The translations under genes and the position numbers were made by a program. Shown here in pieces: positions 9,097-15,581 of a DNA stretch of 24,000 bases. The stretch lies in NCBI GenBank assembly GCA_964343705.1, contig CAYFJX010000002.1:2873-26872 (forward strand), in the 5' to 3' direction. The DNA is from an uncultured Methanosarcinales archaeon. Lineage in GTDB: Archaea; Nanobdellota; Nanobdellia; Woesearchaeales; UBA12501. The notes under the pieces were generated by a model. That model was not told where the DNA came from. It searched no databases and was given only the letters and a program-made list of their open reading frames with translations. The number at the start of each line of letters is the position of its first letter. The stretch's first letter is position 1.

Positions 9097-11382
9097 ATGG
9101 GATTATTTGATAAAAGGCCTGTTCCAAAAGAAGGTGAGGGTGCTGCAGGTGACGAGCGTGCCCAGCTACAAAAAGAAATTGCAGGTGCGATGGAAAAGTA
9201 CAAGAACCAACTTGACCAAAATATGAACACACTCAATCCAGAGGAAGCATCAGGAGATCAAGATTCTATTGAAACTAAAGAGTATCAAGAATTTAAGGAA
9301 GAATACATGCCGGGGCACATGTCATTCTATGAAAAAGCATGTAATCAGGCTGAAAAACTCATCAAGATTCACCCTCCAGAAGATAAGCATGACGAGATTC
9401 AAGGATACATAAACATTTGTCATTTGAATATCACACCTACAGGAGTATACTCTCTTTCATTTCTTGCCCCTATTGCACTTGCGCTTGTCAGTGCATTGTT
9501 TGGATTAATCTTCTTGCAGTCTATGTTTTTTGTGGTTTTCTTTTTTATTTTTGGGTATGCAACACTCAAACCAATGCAAGGTATACCAAAGTTTATGGCG
9601 AATAGTTGGCGGATGAAAGCAAGTAATCAAATGGTACTTGGAGTTTTTTACGTTGTGACGTATATGAGGCACACCTCAAACTTGGAACTTGCGATTGCTT
9701 TTGCTTCTGATCATTTATCACCCCCTCTATCTCTTGATTTTAGAAAGGTGTTGTGGGATATTGAAACTGGAAAGTATGAGGGAATAAAGGAATCTCTAGA
9801 CGCATATCTTATGACATGGAAAGAATGGGCACCTGAATTTGTTGAAGGTATGCATTTGATTGAATCATCTTTGTATGAAGGAGAAGAAAGTCGACGTGTT
9901 GAAATGCTTGATAAGTCGTTGGCTACCATGCTTGATCAAACGTATGAAAAAATGTTGCATTATGCACAGAACTTGAAAAGTCCCATGACCATGTTGCATA
10001 TGATGGGTGTTATCTTACCCATATTAGGATTAGTTATTCTTCCGCTTGTGGTAAGTTTTATGTCAGGCATTAAATGGTGGCATCTTTCATTACTATATAA
10101 TGTTGCACTGCCTGCAGGAGTTTTTTATCTTGCCATGACTATTCTTGCAACGCGCCCAAGCGGGTATGGTGATAGTGATATTTCTAATAATCCTGAGATT
10201 AAAAAATTCAAGAAGATCTTGATTAAGTTTGCTGGCAGGGAGATTCGACTTGAACCCTTGTATATTTGTCTTATTTTTTTCGCTGTTTTTGTGCTTATTG
10301 GTTTGTCGCCCATCCTTATCCATATGGCGACGTATGATTCAGCTCATAAAACCCAGCATTGGGATCTTATTTTGAACAAGGATTGGAAATTACAGACAAC
10401 GAATAAAATGGTGGATAATGGTGCTAAACTAGCGTTGCTTGAATATCGTATTTCAAAGCCAAAGCCAGGTTCTGTTGGTGGGGAGGTGTTAGGGCCGTTT
10501 GGCTTGGGCGCGTCGATGTTAAGTTTATGTTTGATTATTGGTATAGGTGTTGGATTTGGATTGTATTTTAAATTAAGATCGAAAAATGTTATTAAGATTA
10601 GACAACGTAGTCAAAAACTTGAACAGGAGTTTGCCTCAGCATTGTACCAGTTAGGAAATAGAATAGGAGATGGCATTCCTGCTGAGATAGCTTTTAGTAA
10701 GGTTGCTCAGAACATGGAAGGTTCTGTTTCTGGTGAATTTTTTCAGTTGGTTTCAACCAATATTTCTCGTGGTGGAATGGGAGTTGAGCAGGCAATTTTT
10801 GACCCTGAGTATGGTGCTCTTGTCCATTACCCTTCAAGTGTTATTGATTCATCAATGAAGGTTTTAACTGAAAGTGCGAAAAAAGGACCTAAGATAGCAG
10901 CTGCGGCACTGATCAATGTTTCCAATTATTTAAAAGAAATGCACAAGGTTAATGAGCGGTTAAAAGATTTGCTTGCTGACATTGTTGCATCTATGAGGTC
11001 GCAAGTTAAATTCATGGCGCCGGTTATTTCAGGTATTGTTATTGGTATTACTTCTATGATCACGACTATCCTTGGAAAGGTTGGTGCTCAAATGAAACGA
11101 CTTGCAGAAGGTGGCGGTGGTGGTCTTCTTGAAATGTTTGGTGATGGTGTACCAACGTATTACTTCCAGTTCATGGTTGGTTTGTATGTTGTGCAAATTG
11201 TGTATATTCTTAGTATTATGACGAATGGTATTGAAAATGGTTCTGATGAATTAAACGAGAGATACATGCTAGGTCATAATTTAGTTAGGAGCATTATCCT
11301 GTATGTGTGTTGTTCTGGTGCTGTAATGCTATTGTTCAACATCCTAGCAGTGACTATTCTAAAAGGCATTGCTAAAGGATAG
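9097..11382 (+). CDS. Archaeal type IV pilus/archaellum membrane platform protein (GspF/TadC/FlaJ-like)
   Basis: Large multi-pass protein directly downstream of the ATPase; KSPMTMLHMMGVILPILGLVILPLV, FASALYQLGNRIGDGIPAEIAFSKVAQ, IVASMRSQVKFMAPVISGIVIGI. The track starts at 9091 (GTG); ATG 9097 also sits just after AGAGGGTGAT. Confidence 0.88.
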   Translation: MGLFDKRPVPKEGEGAAGDERAQLQKEIAGAMEKYKNQLDQNMNTLNPEEASGDQDSIETKEYQEFKEEYMPGHMSFYEKACNQAEKLIKIHPPEDKHDEIQGYINICHLNITPTGVYSLSFLAPIALALVSALFGLIFLQSMFFVVFFFIFGYATLKPMQGIPKFMANSWRMKASNQMVLGVFYVVTYMRHTSNLELAIAFASDHLSPPLSLDFRKVLWDIETGKYEGIKESLDAYLMTWKEWAPEFVEGMHLIESSLYEGEESRRVEMLDKSLATMLDQTYEKMLHYAQNLKSPMTMLHMMGVILPILGLVILPLVVSFMSGIKWWHLSLLYNVALPAGVFYLAMTILATRPSGYGDSDISNNPEIKKFKKILIKFAGREIRLEPLYICLIFFAVFVLIGLSPILIHMATYDSAHKTQHWDLILNKDWKLQTTNKMVDNGAKLALLEYRISKPKPGSVGGEVLGPFGLGASMLSLCLIIGIGVGFGLYFKLRSKNVIKIRQRSQKLEQEFASALYQLGNRIGDGIPAEIAFSKVAQNMEGSVSGEFFQLVSTNISRGGMGVEQAIFDPEYGALVHYPSSVIDSSMKVLTESAKKGPKIAAAALINVSNYLKEMHKVNERLKDLLADIVASMRSQVKFMAPVISGIVIGITSMITTILGKVGAQMKRLAEGGGGGLLEMFGDGVPTYYFQFMVGLYVVQIVYILSIMTNGIENGSDELNERYMLGHNLVRSIILYVCCSGAVMLLFNILAVTILKGIAKG

Positions 11383-11384
11383 AG

Positions 11385-11542
11385 AGTTACTGCACCTTGG
11401 AGTTTATTCGCAAAATAACCGATTCGCTCAGTGAACAAGTATGTTCGCTGGCGTCCCAGTGAGCTCTGCTCACTGAGGACATGCAGGTTATTTTGCGCAA
11501 GTTCCCCGAGCGGATGCGAGGGTTTTGCTCTGTGCAGTAACT
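11385..11542. repeat. Structured intergenic inverted-repeat element A
   Basis: Nested perfect arms: AGTTACTGCAC (11385..11395)/GTGCAGTAACT (11532..11542); GCAAAATAACC (11410..11420)/GGTTATTTTGC (11486..11496); CTCAGTGA (11427..11434)/TCACTGAG (11470..11477), the last competing with the local hairpin CAGTGAGC-TCT-GCTCACTG (11457..11475). Confidence 0.75.
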
Positions 11543-11578
11543 AAAACAATATAAACCATCACCATACTTACACACACA

Positions 11579-12121
11579 ATGAAACGACTCTTAACAAATA
11601 AAACAGTACGCAAGTATGCACCTCAAATCATTGGTGTCTTGCTCTTGCTTTCAATCATCATGTTTTTCACGAAGCTGTTCTTGTTTGTAACCTTCTTAGC
11701 GATTTCTATTGCTGCATCTTTTATTCCAGTAATCATCGGCACCAGAAGCATTGGCTTTGAATTTATCACATTTCCATCCCTCATATTTCTCTACCTGTAT
11801 GGGTGGTGGGATGCATCAGTGTTTTGTGTAGTTTCTCTCTTTTTTTGGATATTTATAACAAGAAGCATGTCCCTAAACAGCTTTTTAGCATTTGGTATTG
11901 TTCCTATTCTTCTTGCTGGCCTCATCCCTCTTAAAGGACTGGGCATATTTGCGCTGGGTATGATCTTATCAATTGTTGGCAATCTTATTTTCACCATTAT
12001 CACGATTGCATTTGGTACTGCACCAATCCATAGGCGGATTATTTATTTTGGAACGCATGTTGCCTGGTCATGGTTCCTGTTTGGTACGTTTGGTGAGATG
12101 ATTTTGAAAATGGTTATGTGA
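11579..12121 (+). CDS. Multi-pass membrane protein, function unknown
   Basis: 180-aa strongly hydrophobic ORF, co-directional with the upstream ATPase and platform genes. Confidence 0.7.
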   Translation: MKRLLTNKTVRKYAPQIIGVLLLLSIIMFFTKLFLFVTFLAISIAASFIPVIIGTRSIGFEFITFPSLIFLYLYGWWDASVFCVVSLFFWIFITRSMSLNSFLAFGIVPILLAGLIPLKGLGIFALGMILSIVGNLIFTIITIAFGTAPIHRRIIYFGTHVAWSWFLFGTFGEMILKMVM

Positions 12122-12140
12122 GTTTGAGAGGAAGAAAAAT

Positions 12141-12503
12141 ATGAAAACAACCCCTGAACACGATGAGAGAATAGCAAATATGACATTTGCATCAGTGTAT
12201 CCCCTCCACTTAGCAAAAGTAGAAAAGAAAGGGAGAACAAAAAAAGAGCTGCACCAAGTAATACAATGGTTAACTGGCTTTGATGAAGAAAAGCTACGAA
12301 AACTTACTGATGAAAAAGTAACTTTTCAGACATTCTTTCAGAAAGCAAAGTTAAACCCAAATGCACATCTCATTACAGGAGTAATATGTGGATACCGTAT
12401 AGAAGAAATCAAAAATCCGTTAACACAAAAAGCAAGATATTTGGACAAGCTTGTTGACGAGTTAGCAAAGGGGAGAGCAATGGATAAGATTCTGAGGAAA
12501 TAA
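12141..12503 (+). CDS. DUF2200-like small protein, likely acquired from bacteria
   Basis: 120 aa; MTFASVYPLHLAKVEKKGRTKKELHQVIQWLTGFDEEKL and FFQKAKLNPNAHLITGVICGYRIEEIKNPLTQKARYLDKLVDELAKGRAMDKILR are recognisable for the family. Bacterial origin is inference. Confidence 0.8.
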   Translation: MKTTPEHDERIANMTFASVYPLHLAKVEKKGRTKKELHQVIQWLTGFDEEKLRKLTDEKVTFQTFFQKAKLNPNAHLITGVICGYRIEEIKNPLTQKARYLDKLVDELAKGRAMDKILRK

Positions 12504-12516
12504 AAGACATGGTCCG

Positions 12517-12565
12517 GGTTCTTATTTGATATGTTTGGTGACATGGTTCTAAAATGATTATGTGA
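12517..12565 (+). pseudogene. Decayed duplicate of the 3' end of the 11579..12121 gene
   Basis: GGTTCTTATTTGATATGTTTGGTGACATGGTTCTAAAATGATTATGTGA aligns to 12072..12121 with about 8 mismatches and one 1-nt gap over 50 positions, counted by hand. Confidence 0.75.
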
Positions 12566-12683
12566 CCACTGGACATCTATTTTACCGAAATGCTTCCGGA
12601 ATTGATTTCTAAAACAGTGTTACAGCTCTTCTCGTCATCATTCGAAAATTCTCCGCAGGGATTATTCCGTCCACTAGACACAA

Positions 12684-12731
12684 TTTTCGTCAAAGACGAA
12701 AATGTGCATCTGAGCTCTGCTCAGATTGCAC
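12684..12731. repeat. Two adjacent intergenic hairpins
   Basis: TTTTCGTC-AAA-GACGAAAA (12684..12702) and GTGCATCTGAGC-TCT-GCTCAGA(T)TGCAC (12704..12731). Confidence 0.6.
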
Positions 12732-12852
12732 TGGACATACGTCCGCGACAAACTTATATAGCTCGAAAACTATACGGAAAGTAATGAAAAAAAGAAAGAT
12801 AACCCTTAGGCAAGGGAAAAAGGTTCAGACCCTAAGAATAAAGAACATCTTG

Positions 12853-12865
12853 AAATATTTAAATC
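12853..12865 (+). promoter_or_regulatory. TATA-like promoter upstream of the structured leader/endonuclease gene
   Basis: GAAATATTTAAAT, similar to the AATATTTAAAT element upstream of 3095. Confidence 0.45.
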
Positions 12866-13001
12866 TTTCGCAATGCCTGGGTAACCCTAATCAGGTAAGG
12901 GAGGGAGGTTCAGACCCTCTCAGTCAGCAATGACTTCGGGGTTCAAATCTCTTTAGAGTGCTAAGCTCTTGGGGTGAAACTCCCCGCTCAGGCGCATTCC
13001 C

Positions 13002-13044
13002 ATCACCCTCATGTTTTTACAGGGTGAAAAACATGAGAGGTGAT
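13002..13044 (+). promoter_or_regulatory. RNA hairpin sequestering the Shine-Dalgarno of the homing endonuclease gene
   Basis: ATCACC+CTCATGTTTTT (13002..13018), 8-nt loop ACAGGGTG, then AAAAACATGAG (13027..13037), a 1-nt bulge and GGTGAT (13039..13044). The SD core GAGGTGAT (13037..13044) is mostly in the stem. Confidence 0.75.
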
Positions 13045-13739
13045 TGATGATGGAATTTGACATATCTAAGATAAAGTTTAGTTATATGGATAGGAGAAGA
13101 GGGGTAGTTATACCTACCCAAGTTTCTGAAAGTTTAGCTGAATTTGTAGGCATACTTATAGGAGATGGGTATTTACATAGCAATAAGAAAAAGTATACAA
13201 TTGGTGTTGTTGGAAGCCCAAAAACTGATGTTGAATACTTTACTAGAGTACAAAATCTGATTCAAGATACTTTTGGCTTAACAACAAAGATACATGAGAG
13301 GGAAAGAGCTCTACGATTAGTTTTTGGATCAAAAGCCATTTTCACTTTCTTAACAAACACAGTAGGATTAGCGCATGGGCCTAAGAAAGGAGAAGCAGTA
13401 ACAATTCCTAAATCAATCCTACTTAAGGAACTTACTACAAACGCTGTACTCAGAGGAATATTTGATACAGATGGAAGCATTTTCTTCTCTGACAAAAAAG
13501 GTTCTCCGAATTACCCCACAATAGAACTTACCACTACAAGTGGGGTATTAGCAACACAGATCGCTGAAATTCTAGCGAAAAAAGGATACAGGGTTCGCCC
13601 AAGAAAACACAGACCAGGCAATAATTTAGTCATAAACAGAGTGGCACTATATGGGAAGAAAAATATGAAAAGATGGTTTGAAGAGATTGGCTTTACAAAT
13701 CCCATAAAACAACGAAAACTAATCCAAGCAGTGATATAA
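13044..13739 (+). CDS. LAGLIDADG-family homing endonuclease, apparently free-standing
   Basis: Two LAGLIDADG-like motifs: LAEFVGILIGDGYLH and LRGIFDTDGSIFF. The start may be TTG 13044 or one of the following ATGs at 13047/13050 (consistent with TTGATGATGG). Confidence 0.88.
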   Translation: MMMEFDISKIKFSYMDRRRGVVIPTQVSESLAEFVGILIGDGYLHSNKKKYTIGVVGSPKTDVEYFTRVQNLIQDTFGLTTKIHERERALRLVFGSKAIFTFLTNTVGLAHGPKKGEAVTIPKSILLKELTTNAVLRGIFDTDGSIFFSDKKGSPNYPTIELTTTSGVLATQIAEILAKKGYRVRPRKHRPGNNLVINRVALYGKKNMKRWFEEIGFTNPIKQRKLIQAVI

Positions 13740-13751
13740 AAAAAGGAAAAG

Positions 13752-13851
13752 TGGGAATGCAGGGATTTGAACCCTGGACATCCAGATCTTCAGTATCGCC
13801 TGCAAGACAGTGCCTTGCATCTGGCGCTCTCCCAGGCTGAGCTACATTCCC
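13752..13851 (-). tRNA. tRNA-Phe (anticodon GAA) containing a 27-nt non-canonical intron
   Basis: Reverse complement: GGGAATG TA GCTC AGCCTGGGA GAGC G CCAG[ATGCAAGGCACTGTCTTGCAGGGCGAT]A CTGAAGA TCTGG ATGTC CAGGG TTCAAAT CCCTG CATTCCC A. Removing the bracketed segment gives a full 73-nt cloverleaf. TATATAAAG-type box upstream on the minus strand near 13892..13902. Confidence 0.93.
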
Positions 13852-14065
13852 ACTAAAGATTACAGTGCTCAACCCAAACCCCCAAATCAGCAGATTCTTT
13901 ATATAGTTTTTGGTGCACATGAGAATAAGTGTCAAAAGCTCGGGTTCCTCGCTTTTTTCCCCTTTGAACCTACCACTAATCCAAGAAAAGATAAGAAAGT
14001 CCCACCAGCCAGTAGACTGAGGCAGGTTCAAAGTATAAAAAAGAGAATAAGAAAGAATAAAGAAA

Positions 14066-14509
14066 TTATTGTACTGGTTCTTCTTCAACAATTGGTTCTT
14101 CAGCAACTTCTGGCTTAGGTGGTGCCTCAGGTGCTGCTTCAGCAGGAGCTTCTCCTGTTTCAGCAGGAGCTGGTGCCGCTGGTTCTGCTGGTGCTTCTGC
14201 AGCTGGTGCTCCTTCGCCTGCTTTACCAACCACTTCGAGCTTACCAAACTTACCTGTGCTTAACTGTTTTTCACCTTGCCATTCACTAACCCATCCGTTT
14301 GAGATTTTGATTTTATCTCCAACATTAACTTGGTCAATTTGTTCGTTCCACAGTGAAAGTGTGATCTCGCCTGTTTCGTCTTTGCCTTTTGCATTGCAAA
14401 CACGACCGTCTTTTCCGAATTTGTTAAATGTTCGTATATCGCCCTTGTCAACAATATCAAGAGTCAATTCAACATTTCCTTGTTTTGGTTGTAAGTCAGC
14501 TACTGCCAT
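14066..14509 (-). CDS. OB-fold ssDNA-binding protein (RPA/SOSS-B-like) with an Ala/Pro/Glu-rich tail
   Basis: 147 aa; LDIVDKGDIRTFNKFGKDGRVCNAKGKDETGEITLSLWNEQIDQVNVGDKIKISNGWVSEWQGEKQLSTG, then an A/P/E-rich acidic C-terminus. Confidence 0.85.
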   Translation of the reverse strand: MAVADLQPKQGNVELTLDIVDKGDIRTFNKFGKDGRVCNAKGKDETGEITLSLWNEQIDQVNVGDKIKISNGWVSEWQGEKQLSTGKFGKLEVVGKAGEGAPAAEAPAEPAAPAPAETGEAPAEAAPEAPPKPEVAEEPIVEEEPVQ

Positions 14510-14592
14510 ATATAATCCCTCCGTTTGAGTATAATACTGTTTTTATTGTATGACCACCAAGAACTGACTTTTATATAAAGTTAACTGAAATG

Positions 14593-15558
14593 CTACTTCT
14601 TCTTCCGCATGTTCACTGCTTCAAAGACAGGCTCTATGAACTCTTCTTCCCAGCCAGCGTCAAGAAGCTTATCACGGATTTCTTCTTCTGTGTGGCCTGT
14701 CTTCATACCATTAAGAATATAGTCTTCAACTTCAGACGCGTAATAGGTTGCTTGTTTTTTCTCAAGCCGTTCTTCTTTGTGCTTTAGGTGAATCACTATA
14801 AAGACTAAGAAGAAAGTTACAAAGAACATGAGCCCAACTGAAGCCCAGAACTGCCAAGTACCATACCCTGGAATTCTGTACAGGCCGGTTTTAACAATGC
14901 AACAGTCCATCCCCAGACTAGGCATTTGCTTGTTAGTAGTACATTGTCTGATGACTGGACAATATCTGACTTGGAAAAGCCGGTTACATACTGGCTTACC
15001 CCCATCTTGTATAAATTCTGAAGGAAGATAGTAGAAATCTTTGCCTCCTGCGTTTTCTGTTAGTTTTTTACAGGATGGATTTTCAAGACTGGATTTAAAG
15101 GATTCATAGCTAACAAATTTGATAATAAAATCTTCACTTCCACTATTACTTGGATCATTGTTACAATAGCGACTAAAGCGTGATTCTTGAACTTCGACAA
15201 CACCTGCGTCTTTGAATATGTCAAATGATTTTACGTTATTATCGCCAAAGTCAATGAGTAAGCAAATCTCTGCTCCATTTCCTGCTTGTTTTGTTAGGGG
15301 AAAACTACTGGCATATGCACGTACTTGTGCAAGGAGGTCAGCAGGGACTTCTCCTACGCTTGCTGCTGGTGCTACCTCTGATTCTTCGTCACTAAACTCA
15401 TCAGATTCATCAAATTCTTCGTCTAAAACTTGGTTTCCTGTGATACCTGCAATGCCTGCAGGTTCGCCTGTTTCAAGGGTGAGTACACCAAGAAGTAAAA
15501 CAGTAATAATGAAACTATACCAGAATGTTCGCACTGCCTCTTTTTTCAGTCGTCCCAT
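14593..15558 (-). CDS. Membrane-anchored protein with a large Cys-containing domain between two TM segments; function unknown
   Basis: 321 aa: N-terminal TM (FWYSFIITVLLLGVLTLETG), Cys-containing middle region, second TM (WASVGLMFFVTFFLVFIVIHL), C-terminal YILNGMKTGHTEEEIRDKLLDAGWEEEFIEPVFEAV. Confidence 0.75.
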   Translation of the reverse strand: MGRLKKEAVRTFWYSFIITVLLLGVLTLETGEPAGIAGITGNQVLDEEFDESDEFSDEESEVAPAASVGEVPADLLAQVRAYASSFPLTKQAGNGAEICLLIDFGDNNVKSFDIFKDAGVVEVQESRFSRYCNNDPSNSGSEDFIIKFVSYESFKSSLENPSCKKLTENAGGKDFYYLPSEFIQDGGKPVCNRLFQVRYCPVIRQCTTNKQMPSLGMDCCIVKTGLYRIPGYGTWQFWASVGLMFFVTFFLVFIVIHLKHKEERLEKKQATYYASEVEDYILNGMKTGHTEEEIRDKLLDAGWEEEFIEPVFEAVNMRKKK

Positions 15559-15581
15559 GGTCCTCTAATGGATTCTAAGCA

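Noticed and set aside
9711-10323. Minus-strand ORFs (9711..9929, 10093..10323, 10125..10313) inside the platform gene
   Set aside because: Antisense to a long, well-supported membrane protein CDS and without recognisable motifs.
12590-12784. 64-aa plus-strand ORF as a real gene
   Set aside because: It overlaps two hairpins and resembles no family. Not excluded, but not supportable from sequence alone.
12871-13002. Second tRNA gene ending in CATTCCCA (same 3' octamer as tRNA-Phe)
   Set aside because: No T-arm directly precedes it and no matching acceptor 5' strand was found; treated as coincidence or at most a remnant.
13752-13851. Reading the tRNA as tRNA-Cys(GCA) from CCAGATGCAAG
   Set aside because: This would leave position 26 missing, a mismatched anticodon stem and a 4-nt variable loop. 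tRNA-Phe(GAA) with the 27-nt intron removed fits all arms.
13810-14118. 102-aa plus-strand ORF
   Set aside because: Antisense to tRNA-Phe and its promoter, with no recognisable family.
13693-14247. 184-aa minus-strand ORF spanning tRNA-Phe and part of the OB-fold gene
   Set aside because: It reads straight through the tRNA gene and overlaps better-supported features; low-complexity Gln/Lys/Leu composition suggests an artefact.
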